Part shown: piece by piece, positions 12,171 to 24,600 of the stretch
Position numbering within the stretch: the stretch's first letter is position 1
Layout of the letters: each line of letters begins with the position of its first letter
Assembly: GCF_963921235.1 (NCBI RefSeq)
Contig: NC_086097.1
Span: 135,782,001 to 135,846,000, forward strand
Direction: 5' to 3'
Length of the DNA: 64,000 bases
Origin: Mobula hypostoma
Taxonomy: Eukaryota
The notes under the pieces: generated by a model
Seen by the model: the letters and a program-made list of their open reading frames with translations, nothing else
Told to the model about the DNA's origin: nothing
The model's database searches: none
Program-made: the position numbers and the translations under genes

Positions 12171-13554
12171 TCGATAAAATCAATGGAAGAGTGGCTGAGT
12201 GGAGGTGTCATAGAGCATAGTAGGTTACTTTGTCCATGGTGTTATGATGTCTTTTGCAAGTAAGTTCTTTATTGCACTTGTGTGTACATGTACTTATGCA
12301 CAGGACAACAAACTTGACTTTGACTTTGGTCCATGTCGGAAAAGCCAAGCAGATGAACTGCACATTGACTGTGGTAATAGTGAAGTCACCCATTACCCAT
12401 CACTTTGTCTTAAAACTGGTGGGAATGCTGATTAAGTTAGATATTTTGATGGTGAGGAGAGAATATATGTCATTCTAAGTCAGCAGCCTAGAAGTGATGT
12501 TGCTATGGCTGGTGGGAAATATACACAAAATAAACCTTTTGTGTCAATTCAGATATTACACTTGCATGAGGAAATCTCATAGCTCACCACTAATGTACAC
12601 TCACTTTAAGACACAGCTGTTTATGGTTGACATTAGTTCAAGGGAGAGGCTTGTATTTGTAGTCCATTTGCGCACAGCTGAAATCCACAGACAATTGTGA
12701 GATAATGGACAGACAATTGGCTGCTTTTAGTGATGTTGCTTGTGGATAAATATTACTTGGAGAATTCCTTCACTCTTCAAATTCCTACAAAGTAGCTGTT
12801 CTTTTTGCTTATTTAGGATATTGTCTCACCACTAACTGGAGAAGGAAGTGGTGAGCTATCTTCATTAGCCATTCCCAGTGTTGAATCAGAATCAGATTTA
12901 TCACCACTCACTCACTGTATATGGTGTGAAATGCAATGTAAATACATAAAAATATTATAAATTACAAAAAATAAAGTCCTAATAAAAGGAATAACAATGT
13001 AGCATTCATAGGTTCTTGAGCTGTTCAGAAATCTGATGGCAGAATGGAAAAGGCCATTTCCAAATCACTAAATACAGGTCTTCAGGTTCCTGTACCTCTC
13101 ACTGAGGGATTCTCCAGATCTAGAACTAGTATTCATTGCAGATCCATTTTCAGTTCATGGTGAGGAGTGACCAGGAGGGATGCAAGGAGTGATGTTCCCT
13201 GTGCCTACTGTCTTTTGGAAGCTGTTGTAGAAGGCTGAGTGGATCTTGTAGATGGGGTCTAGTTTAACATTTTCCCAACAGATTAACACTCCACAGTTAC
13301 TGGTATGGCATGTGGTAGCCTAGGTAGATTTCTGGAATGAAACTTGAACTAACAAGCTTTCATTATTTGTTACCCATTGAGTCAATGTATCCTATAAGTC
13401 TGGAAAGTCTTTCACAATGCACTTGAGACTAGTTTCCGGCTTGCCTGTGTTACACCAGGAACTGCATCAGATAAACAAGTGTTCTTACAAAACTCCTGAG
13501 AGGTTTGAGATGACATGATCCTTTGGCTGGGGCTATGTAGGCAGACAAATTCAT

Positions 13555-13830
13555 AAACTCACAGAGTCCTACAGCACAGAAACAAACCCTTCAGCCCAGC
13601 CAGTTTTCACCAACCATCAGAAACTGGTCTGATATTTTATTCTCCCCACATTCCCATTAAATCTACAGACGTGCACTTCTTAGGGATGTGGCAGGAAACT
13701 GGAGGATCCAGAAGAAACCCAGGTGGTTACAGAGAGAATATGCAAACTCCACACAGAAATCTCCAAGGATCAGGATTGAACCCAAGTTGTTGGAGATGCA
13801 AGGCAAACATCTGAACACACTGATAAGTTG
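13555..13830 (-). mobile_element. HE1/V-SINE-like SINE
   Basis: Reverse complement of the SINE core (tgcaaactccacacag...ggattgaaccc). Confidence 0.65.
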
Positions 13831-14094
13831 CTTGTCGTATCTTTACTTTGACTACAGTCACTTCCACTCTAAAGCAAAGCAGCAGTCATTCTATTCTCCA
13901 TTATCTGCTGGTAAAATATTATGGCTACTTTACCTTTCATCTAAGCCAGAGCATCTCTCCACACTATCATCCTTTATTCCCTACCCTCCTCAATCCTTTC
14001 AGAAAGAGATCACAATGAGTGTAGGGCCTAGACTGGTTTATAATAATAAAGAGGGATATTGGAGGTGTGAAATAATAGGAAAGGGTGCAGGAGC

Positions 14095-14270
14095 TAGAGG
14101 AGGTTACAGAGATAGGAAAGGGTGTAGGACAGGACTTTCCAGAGATAGTGAGGGGTCTAAGACAAAAGCTTACAGAGATACAGAGGGGTGTAGGAGCTGG
14201 AGGACTTGACAGAGATAGGGGTGGATGTAGAACAGGACTTTACAGAGATAGGGAAGCCTACAAGGATAGA
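14095..14270. repeat. Degenerate purine-rich tandem repeat with core ttacagagatag, ~32-bp period
   Basis: Variants of acagagatag recur about 5 times. Confidence 0.55.
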
Positions 14271-14279
14271 GCAGCTAAT

Positions 14280-15780
14280 GGTCAAGCCCACTTGGGCAAG
14301 GCGATTCGGGATTGGGTGTCATGTAATAAACAAGATTTGATTAGGAGGCAGTGATCGTAAGATGATAGAATTCACCCTGCCGTTTGAGAGGGAGAGGTTA
14401 AAATCGGATGTATCGGCATTACAATGGAGTGAAAATAACTAAAGGTGCATGAGAAAGGAACTGGCCAAAGCTGATTAGAAGGGAACACTAGCAGGGATGA
14501 TGGTAGAGCAGCAATGGCTGGAGATTCTGGGAGTAATTTGGAAGTTGCAGGATCAGTTCAGCCTGAAGAAGAAGGGGCATTCTAAAGAGAGGACGAGCAA
14601 CTGTGGCTGGCTAGGGAAGTCAAAGACATCATAGAAGCAAAAGGGAGATCACATAATATAGCAAAAATTAGTGGAAAGCTAGACAATTCGGAAGCTTTTA
14701 AAAATCAATAGAAGGCAACTAAAAAACTAATGAGAGAAAAGATGATATATGAAGAAAAGCTCACTAATAAACTAACAATGACGCCAAAAGCTTTTTCCAG
14801 ATATAAAAAGAGTAAAAGAAAAGCAAGAGTGGACATCGGACTGTTGGAAAATGATGCTGGAGCAATAGTAATGGGGAACAAAGAAATGGTGGACAAACTG
14901 AATAGGTATTTTGCATCTGTCCTTACTGTGGAAGACTCTAGCAGCATGCCAGAAACTTGAGAGCCTCAGGGGACAGAAGTGAGTGTAGTCACTAGCACTA
15001 AGGCGAGGTGCTCGGGAAGCTGAAAGGTCTAAAGGTAGTGAGTCGTCTGGCCTAGCTGGACTACACCACAGCTTTCTGAGAAAGGTCGCTGAAGACAGAA
15101 GTAGTGAACATTCAAGAACAACTAGATTCTGGAATGGTCCAAGAGGATTGGAAAATCATAGATCTCACTCCACTCTGTAAGAAGGGAGGGAGACAAAAGA
15201 AAGGAAGTGATAGGCCCGTTTGCCTATGGGGAAAAGGCAGGTAGGTGGAGTTGAGTTTACAGACAGATCAGCCATGATCTTATTGAATGGCGGAGCAGGC
15301 TTGATGGGCCAGATGGCCTACTCCTGCTCCTATTTTTTACGTTCTTATGTTCCTGTGTTGCCTGATTTCAAAGATTGTCAAGGTGTTACTAAGTTCACCT
15401 TGTCCATTACAAGTCCATTACTAAGGATGAGGTTTCAGGGGACTTGGAGGCGCACAACTAAATAGATGGAAATCAGCATGGTTTCCTTGAGGGGAAATCT
15501 CGCCTGACAAATCTGTTGGAATTCTTAGAGGAAATAGCAGGTGGAGAAGACAAAGGTGAGTCAGTGGAAGTTGTGTACTTGTATGTTCAGAGGGTCTTTG
15601 ACAAGGTGCCACATATGAGGCTTCCGAACCAGATAAGAGCTGATAATATTACAGGAAATGCATTAGCACCGACAGAAATTTGGCTGACTAGTAGACGGTA
15701 AAGAGAGGAAAGAAAAGGAGCTGCTGGTGATTAGTGGTGTTTTGCAGGGGTTCGTGTTGGGTCTGCTACTTTTCACATTA
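14280..15780 (+). mobile_element. Degenerate CR1 ORF2, 5' part of an interrupted copy
   Basis: Homologous to 55579-58185 (e.g. ARVDIGLLENDAG, FDKVPHMRL). Stops at LFTL where a TIR element begins. Confidence 0.85.
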
Positions 15781-16212
15781 CAGTGGATTCTGATTAATTG
15801 GGCCATCGGTTAAATGGTGCAGCTGCTTATTTGGGAGAACTGTTAAAGAACAAAAACAAATTGAGAAATTAGCCAGGATTCCCTTCATTTGTTTAGGACA
15901 ATATGCTTCTTAATTGGGGTGGGAGACTGTTGCCAAACACTTTCTAACTAGCATTAGCCACGTACAAGACGTGTGGCTGTTAGACATTACGCTGTACTGA
16001 GCGAATAGTTTTTAAATAGTGTCAGCTGCATGTGTCTGAGTTCAAAATGCAGTGATTTTTGTCACTGATAGATGGTGAGAAATAAGCAGTAAGACAATTC
16101 AGAATTGTTTTGCTCTATATGATTTCAAGCATTCAGACCTGGAAATGCCTGAAACAGCCAGGAGAGAAAATAAAACCATTTCACTACTTCAACAAGTTAA
16201 AAACTACAAAGA
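15781..16212 (+). mobile_element. Tigger/pogo-like non-autonomous DNA transposon, left part
   Basis: TA|CAGTGGATTCTGATTAATTGGG terminus. Matches the reverse complement of 38095-38527. Confidence 0.8.
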
Positions 16213-17900
16213 ACATAGAACATAGAACAGTACAGCACAGGAACAGGCCATTCAGCCTATAATGTTGTGCTGAACCAGCTAAAAATCAAATCAGAAACTC
16301 CAACCACTAATCTCTCCTATTTACACCATGTCCTATCACTCCATCTTCCTTACATCCATGTGCCTATCCAAACATCTCTTCAAAGCCTCTAATGTATTTG
16401 TCTCTACCACCATACCAGGCAGCACATTCCAGGCATCCAAGTCTCTGAGTAAAAACACCCCTCACATCCCCATTGAGCCTACCCCCTCTCACCTTCAATG
16501 CATGCCCTCTGGTATTAGACATTTCAACCCTGGGAAACAGGTACTCTCTGTCTACCCTGTCTATGCCTCTCATAATCTTGTAAATCTCTTTCAGGTCTCC
16601 CTTCAGCCTCTGATGCTCTGGAGAAAACACCCAAGTTTATCCAGCCTTTCGTGACAGCTCACACCCTCCAAACCAGGCAGCGTTGTGGTAAACCTCTTCT
16701 GTATCCTCTCCAAAGCCTCAATATCCTTCCTATAGTGCAGTAACCAGAACTGTACGCAATACTCCAGATGTGGCCTAACCAGACTTTTATAAAGTTGCAA
16801 CATAACCTCCTGGCTTTTGAACTCAGTGCCTCAACTAATAAAATCAAGCATACCATAAGCCTTCCTGACCACCTTATTGACCTGTGTAAGGAGTATGAAC
16901 TTGGATCCCAAGATCTCTCTGCTCAGCAACACTGTTAGGGATCTTGCCCTGAACAGTGTACTGTCTCATTGCATTTGCTCGACCAAGATGCAACACTTCA
17001 CAGTTATCAGCTCATATCTGCAAATGATCTATATCGCGTTGTATTCTTTGCCAGTCTTCTACAATATCCACAAATCCAGCAATCTTGGTATCATCCACAA
17101 ACTTACTAACCCACCCATCTACATTCTCATCCAGGTCATTTATTTACATCACAAACAGCAGCGGTCCCAGCACAGACCTCTGTGGAACATCAGTAATTAC
17201 AGACCTCCGCTCGAATAAGGCCCTTCAACTACTGTACCCTGTCTTCTATGCGCAAGCCAGTTCTGAATCCAAGCAGCCAATTCGCCATGGATCCCACGCG
17301 TCTTAATCTTCTGGATTATCCTCCCATGAGGGACTCTAATAAACACCATACTAAAATCCATATAGACAACATCCACTGCTCTACCCTCATCAATCTCTCT
17401 TGTCTCCTTATCAAAAAACTCAATCAAGTTGGTAAGAAACAACCGCCATGCAGATAGCCATACTGTCTCTCCCTAATTAGGCCATGGGTTTTCAAATGCT
17501 CATCTACCCTATCCCTAAGAATTTTCTCCAGCGATTTCTCTACAACAAGAGATGCAACACTAGCCAGTCCTCCGGGATCTTGCCTGTGGCTGGAGAGGAC
17601 ACTAAGATACTGTTTAAGGGCCCAGAAATCTCATCTCTTACCTCCTTCAATAACCTGGGGTAAATTCCATCAGGCCCTGGCTACTTATCCACCTTAATAC
17701 TTATTAAGAGGCCCATCACTTCCTCCACCTTGACCTCTAAACACTTTAACTGATCTCCCGGTCCTCCATATCCTTTTCCTTGCTAAATACTGAAGCAAAG
17801 TGCTCATTACACAAGGTACACATTCTCCGCATCCAAGCAAATGTTCCCCTCTTTACACTTGAGTGGTCCCACCATGTCCCTAGTTATCCTGTTGCTCTTG
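16213..17900 (-). mobile_element. CR1 LINE, 5'-truncated and degenerate
   Basis: Minus ORFs LTNLIEFFD..VDVVYMDFS and LVRPHLEYCVQFW; (catagaa)n tail at 16213. Confidence 0.88.
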
Positions 17901-17924
17901 AAAAGAATGTGAGGATATCGGCAA

Positions 17925-19092
17925 TCATCTTAAAGCAAACTTAAAGCACACGGTATTGCGGGTATGGTATTGATGTGGATAGAGAATTGGTTGGCAGACA
18001 GGAAGCAAAGAGTGGGAATAAACGGGACCTTTTCAGAATGGCAGGCAGTGACTAGTGGGGTACCGCAAGGCTCAGTGCTGGGACCCCAGTTGTTTACAAT
18101 ATATATTAATGACTTAGATGATGGAATTAAATGCAGCATCTCTAAGTCTGCGGATGACACGAAGCTGGGCGGCAGTGTTAGCTGTGAGGAGGATGCTAAG
18201 AGGCTGCAGGGTGACTTGGATAGGTTAGGTGAGTGGGCAAATTAATGGCAGATGTAATTTAATGTGGATAAATGTGAGGTTATCCACTTTGGTGGCAAGA
18301 ACAGGAAAACAGATTATTATCTGAGTGGTGGCCTATTAGGAAAAGGGGAGGTGCAACGAGACCTGGGTGTCATTGTACACCAGTCATTGAAAGTGGGCAT
18401 GCAGGTACAGCAGGCGGTGAAAAAGACGAATGGTATGCTGGCTTTCATAGCAAGAGGATTTGAGTACAGGAGCAGGGAGGTTCTACTGCAGTTGTACAAG
18501 GCCTTGGTGAGACCACACCTGGAGTATTGTGTGCAGTTTTGGTCCCCTAATCTGAGGAAAGACATTCTTGCCATAGAGGGAGTACAAAGAAGGTTCACCA
18601 GATTGATTCCTGGGATGGCAGGACTTTCATATGATGAAAGACTGGATCGACTAGGCTTATACTGGTTGGAATTTAGAAGATTGAGGGGGGATCTGATTGA
18701 AACGTATAAAATTCTAAAGGGATTGGACAGGCTAGATGCAGGAAGCTTGTTCCCGATGTTGGGGAAGTCCAGAACGAGGGGTCACAGTGTGAGGATAAAG
18801 GGGAAGCCTTTTAGGACTGAGATTAGGAAAAACTTCTTCACACAGAGAGTGGTGAATCTGTGGAATTCTCTGTCACAGGAAACAGTTGAGGCCAGTTCAT
18901 TGGCTATATTTAAGAGGGAATTAGATATAACCCTTGTAGCTAAAGGGATCAGGGGGTATGGAGGGAAGGCAGGTATAGGGTTCTGAGTTGGATGATCAGC
19001 CATGATCGTACTGAATGGCAGTGCAGGCTCAAAGGGCCAAGTGGCCTACTCCTGCATCTATTTTCTATGTTTCTATGTTTCTATGTTTCTAT
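17925..19092 (+). mobile_element. Young CR1 LINE 3' fragment
   Basis: [27 protein letters not shown] and LVRPHLEYCVQFW; (tttctatg)n tail; near-identical to 49360-50336. Confidence 0.93.
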
Positions 19093-19554
19093 CTTGAATG
19101 TTAGTTACCTTTGATCCCCACCAAACACTCAGCTCCCACTTATGGCTCCAAATTGCTGTTTGCTTGTGACCGTGGCGACACCCTGGTACCATGCTGTGGC
19201 AGGCAGGCTAAACCAGGTGAGAGTAGCCAACGAGGCTCGTACTCCCATGAGGTGCCTCCATACCCCCATGCCTGTCCTAGCATGCAAAGTAATCTCCATA
19301 GGACTGAGTGGATGAGATCTGCAATGAGAAGGCGCTTCTGCATCGCTTCGTGGAGACCAAAGTGCACAACGAGGCACAGAAGAAACCATGGTCATCCTTT
19401 GCAACCACGGAAGACGCCAGTTATAATGTCTACAGGTTCCACTGGACCCAAACTTCTGAGGTCAAGAGAGTGGAACTGCCCCAGTGCAGCAGCTTTTCCA
19501 CTGTAAAACCCTCCTGTGTAGGTTTCCTGTCATCGTCAGAGTCGATGGGCAACC

Positions 19555-19746
19555 ACCAGTGGTATTTTAATTTAAAATATAATTTTATTTAAAGGTAGAA
19601 TTTTATTTAAATATATAATTTATTAATCAGTTAAACACTAATCTTTTTTATACCTTTTTCCATGAAACTTCGGCTAATTGAGGTAGCCGCTTAATTGGGC
19701 CAAGATTTACTCGTCCCCATGTGTCCCAAATAGCCAGAATCTATTG
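19555..19746 (+). mobile_element. Right part of the Tigger-like element that starts at 15781
   Basis: Ends ccaaatagccagaatctattg, a degenerate reverse complement of the left TIR. Similar to the reverse complement of 37713-37860. Confidence 0.75.
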
Positions 19747-20165
19747 CACATGCTAATGATCTGGATGGCGGAATTGATGGTTTTGTGGCCAAGTTGGCAA
19801 ATGTTGCAAAAATAGGAGTGGGGGGCAGATAGTATTCAGGAAGCGTGGAGCCTGCAGGAGGAATTGGACAGGTGAGGACAAGGGGCAAAGACACGGTAGC
19901 TGGAATACAGTCCAGGGAAGTGGATGGTCATGCACTTTGATAGAAGGAATAAAGCCAGAGCCTATTTTTCTAAATGAAGGGTGGATTCAGAAATTGGAGG
20001 TGCAAAGGGACTTGGGAGTTCTAGTGCAGGATTCCCTAAAGGTTAACTTGGAGGTTGAGTCTGTAGTGAGCAAGGCAAATGCAATGTTATCATCAGTTTC
20101 AGGAGGAGTAGAATATAAAAGCAAGGATGGAATGTTGAAGGTTTAAAAGTCAGACCACACTGGAA
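19747..20165 (+). mobile_element. Continuation of the CR1 interrupted at 15780
   Basis: Resumes at ...NDLDGGIDGFVAK and continues to VQRDLGVLVQDSLKVN. Confidence 0.8.
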
Positions 20166-21049
20166 ACTTAAGACTTATGCACTTACGTATGGAACGATCT
20201 GTCTGGGTGGCATGCAAAGCTTGTTGCTATATCTCGGTATATGTGACAATACATAATCAATTCCAATCAACCTTTGAACCCAAGACAAGTGAGATAGAGA
20301 TGCCCAAAGACAATGGTGTCAATTTTAGGTATTATCTCCAGTCATGTAGAGTTGTAGATGCAATGGGATTGTCCTTTGCTAGCTGGTGCAATTACCTGAA
20401 ACAGTAACTGAATGAGGGCAGCAAATGAACTCAGTACAGTTTATGTAACACACTTTTCGTTCAAAAGGCATTCGGCAAAAATCCTTGTGAAATTCTCCAG
20501 TGTTGGTTGCTAATGAGTGGAGCCAGATCTGACTTGTGGGTGGAGGATAGAATTACAGAGGAACAGAAGGGGAAGTGACGGAGGCTAAGCCAGTGATGAA
20601 CACACACTCTCATGGGGTTATTAGTGAATGAAGCAACCAGGCAATGAACGGGCGGAGTGGTGAACTCTTCCTGTCGATTTTTAAGGTCAAGCAAGGGGTT
20701 ATGGCTTCAGTTTGGAAGTTGTAAGTGTTTGGAAGTATGGAGAAGAAATAGGAAGATTTCTGAGCAGCCAGTGGGAGTGGTGGACCAGATAAAGGTGCCC
20801 TCAGAGACTGGAATACAGCACAAGCCAAGATGCCCATCCAAACAAGCCCTATTTGCCAGCACTTGGCACACAACCATTTCAATCTATGTAACTGTCCCAC
20901 TGTGTTTCACAAGTTGATGTTGTACCTGTCTGAACCACTTCCCCTGGCAGCTCATTCTTAACCCTCTGTGTAAAGAGAAGTTGCCCCTTAAGTTCTTATT
21001 AAATCTCTCCCCTCACTTTAAACCACATATTAGAATTATTTATTCATTC

Positions 21050-21700
21050 AAGTGCTGTGGGCTTTTCAGATGGGGCCAGCATTTAATTGCCCCTCCCTAG
21101 TTGCCCTCAAGAATGTGGTGCAGAGCAGCTGCAGTCCTTGAAGGCTGGGTACACCTACTGTCCCATTAAGGAAGGAGTCCCAGTAATTTGACTCTCTGAT
21201 AGTGACAGAACAGTGATATATTTCCAAGTCAGGATGGTGTGTGGCTTGGAGAGCAACTTCCATTTGGTGCTGGTCCCCTTGCTTTTACTGCTTTTGTCCT
21301 TCTAGCTGGTATAGGTAATGGATTTGGAAAGTGCTGTCCAAGGATTCTTCATGAGTTTTGGCAATACGTCCTGCAGATGGCACACGCTGCTGTTAACGTG
21401 TGTCGGTGGTGGAGTGAGTGTATGGTTGCAGATGGGCTGTCCCTCAGGCTGACTGCTACAGACTGGATGGTGTCAAAGTTTCTTGTTTCTTGATGAAGCA
21501 ATGTTTATCCGGGCAGGTTGAGAGTGGATCTTCACACTTAAGCTTTGTAGATGGTGGACTGGCTTTGTGGAGTTAGGAGGTGAGTTGCACACTGTGGAAT
21601 TCTTAGCCCCTGAGCTGTTCATGTCATCACTCAGTGTATATGGCTACTACAGTTCAGTTTCATATTAATGGTAACCCCCAGGGTATTGACAGCATCACTT
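21050..21700 (-). mobile_element. Old LINE 3' fragment
   Basis: Reverse strand ends agggcaactagggaggggcaattaaatgctggcc. Related to 4270-4560. Confidence 0.55.
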
Positions 21701-22029
21701 GTACCACCTGCTCTTGTTGAAGGGCCTCATCTGCGTTTACTCTTTATACCATGGAGTTTGTAAATAGTTGAAGGTGTGAATTTCCCCTGAATTCTCCTCA
21801 GTCCATTGTTCCCTTTCTTGGCTTCTCCTGGTCTACTGAAAGGGCATTGTTTACTGAATAAGGTGAAGCTTTCTGAAGCCGATTGCCTCAGAGATCTAAA
21901 GTGCTCCCTGAAAAGCTTTCTCCGGGCTTTTGGCCCACCTTCCTCTCTTCTTGAGCAGCTCAGACTCAGTTTTCCTGATTATGTGATGCTCCTTATGATT
22001 ATTCACTATTCAAATAGTGCTATATAGGT

Positions 22030-24230
22030 AGTCATAGTCATACTTTATTGATCCCGGGGGAAATTGGTTTTCGTTACAGTTGCACCATAAATAATAAATA
22101 GTAATATTACCATAAATAGCTAAATAGTAATATGTAAATTACGCCAGTAAATTATGAAGTAAGTCAGGACCAGCCTATTGGCTCAGGGTGTCTGAACCTC
22201 CAAGGGAGGAGTTGTAAAGTTTGATGGCCACAGGCAGGAATGACTTCCTATGACGCTCTGTGCTGCATCTTGGTGGAATGAGTCTCTGGCTGAATGTACT
22301 CCTGTGCCCACCCAGTCCATTATGTAGTGGATGGGAGACATTGACCAAGATGGCATGCAACTTGGACAGCATCCTCTTTTCAGACACCACCGTGAGAGAG
22401 TCCAGTTCCATCCCCACAACATCACTGGCCTTACGAATGAGTTTGTTGATTCTGTTGGTGTCTGCTACCCTCAGCCTGCTGCCCCAGCACACAACAGCAA
22501 ACATGATAGCACTGGCCACCACAGACTCATAGAACATCCTCAGCATTGTCAGGCAGATGTTAAAGGACCTCAGTCTCCTCAGGAAATAGAGATGGCTCTG
22601 ACCCTTCTTGTAGACAGCCTCAGTGTTCTTTGACCAGTTCAGTTTATTGTCAATTCGTATCCCCAGGTATTTGTAATCTTCCACCATATTCACACTGAAC
22701 CCCTGGATGGAAACAGGGGTCACCGGTACCTTAGCTCTCCTCAGGTCTACCACCTGCTCCTTAGTCTTTTTCACATTAAGCTGCAGATAATTCTGCTCAC
22801 ACCATGTGACAAAGTTTCCCACCGTAGCCCTGTACTCAGCCTCATCTCCCTTGCTGATGCATCCAACTATGGCAGAGTCATCCAAAAACTTCTGAAGAGA
22901 CAAGACTCTGTGCAGTAGTTGAAGTCCGAGGTGTAAATGGTGAAGAGAAAGGGAGACAAGACAGTCCTCTGTGGAGCCCCAGTGCTGCTGATCACTCTGT
23001 CGGACACACAGTGTTGCAAGCACACGTACTGTGGTCTGCCAGTCAGGTAATCAAGAATCCATGATACCAGGGAAGCATCCACCTGCATCGCTGTCAGCTT
23101 CTCCCCCAGCAGAGCAGGGCGGATGGTGTTGAACACACTGGAGAAGTCAAAAAACATGACCCTCACAGTGCTCGCTGGCTTGTCCAGGTGGGTGTAGACA
23201 CGGTTCAGCAGGTAGACGATGGCATCCTCAACTCCTAGTCGGGGCTGGTAGGCGAACTGGAGGGGATCTAAGTGTGGCCTGACCATAGACCGGAGCAGCT
23301 CCAGAACAAGTCTCTCCAGGATCTTCATTATGTGGGAGGTCAATGCCACCGGTCTGTAGCCATTGAGGCCGCTGGGGCGCGGCGTCTTCGGCACAAGGAC
23401 AAGGCAGGATGTCTTCCACAGTACAGGAACCCTCCGGAGCCTCAGGCTCAGGTTGAATACGTGGCGAAGTACTCCACATAGCTGAGGGGCACAGGCTTTG
23501 AGCACCCTGGTACTGACACCATCCAGTCCTGCAGCCTTGCTTGGGTTGAGATGTTTCAACTGTCTTCTCACCTGTTCAGTTATGAAGCCCACCGTGGTGG
23601 TTTCGTGTGGGGAAGGGGTATAGTCATGAGAGCAGGGTGGGGGACTGTGAGGAGGGGTAGGAGGGGAGAATGGAATATGTGTTGGTTGGGGGCCGACAAC
23701 AGATGACTCATGTGGGGGATGGGCAGGGGCCACAATGTCAATTCTGTTCAAGAACAGGTTAAGTTCATTGGCCCTGTCCACATTGCCTTCCGCTCCTCTG
23801 TTGCTAGTTTGCCGGAACCCAGTGATGGTCCTCATCCCCCTCCAGACCTCTCTCATGTTGTTCTGCTGGAGTTTCCACTCAAGCTTCCTCCTGTACCTGT
23901 CTTTAGCCTCCCTGATCCTGGCTTTCAGGTCCCTCTGTATTGACCTCAGCGCCTCCCTATTTCCATCTCTAAACGCCCTCTTTTTAGTGTTCAGTATGTC
24001 CTTAATGTCCTTTGTCACCCATGGCTTGTTATTTGAATAACAAAGGACAGTTCTTGTTGGAACATTGCAGTCCACACAGAAGTTGATGTAATCCGTGATG
24101 CACTCTGTGAGCCCAGCAATATCCTCTCCATGTGGCTCACAGAGTGCCTGCCAGTCTGTCACCTCAAAACAACCCTGGAGCGCCTCATAAGCCTCCTCCG
24201 ACCATTTCCTCACTGTCCTCGAGGTTGCTG
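22030..24230 (-). mobile_element. Young Rex1/Babar-type LINE, 5'-truncated; RT split by one frameshift near 22900
   Basis: YRPVALTSHIMK, DPLQFAYQP, FFDFSSVFNTI, GAPQ, FLDDS, YLGIRIDNKL; (tatgac)n tail; near-identical to 61035-61990. Confidence 0.92.
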
Positions 24231-24324
24231 ATGCAGAGTATTGTGGAGGGAACAATATAGTGTTCTAGTGAGAAGATTTCAGTTTGTTTCATACCTTTCC
24301 TATAATACACGTGATGCTCTCATC

Positions 24325-24600
24325 ATGTTTTGCTTGGAGCACAGAGACTGTGGAGTGACTTTATAGAGATGCACAAAATTGTGAGGGGCATAGACAGTCT
24401 TTCTAGCTCAGGAAAGGGAATCAAAAACTAGAGGGCATAGGTTTAAGGTGGGAAGGGAAAGAATTATATGAATAGGAAACTTTTAGAGGGATATGGGGTA
24501 AATGGGGATAAATGAGGCTAGTTCATGTGGGTATTTTGGTTGACATGGATGAGTTGGGCCAAGGGGCCTGTTTCTGTGTTGTATGACTCTATAAACTCTG
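24325..24600 (+). mobile_element. Short degenerate CR1 3' end
   Basis: actagagggcataggtttaaggtg...gggccaaggggcctgtttctgtgttgtatgactct. Confidence 0.65.
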
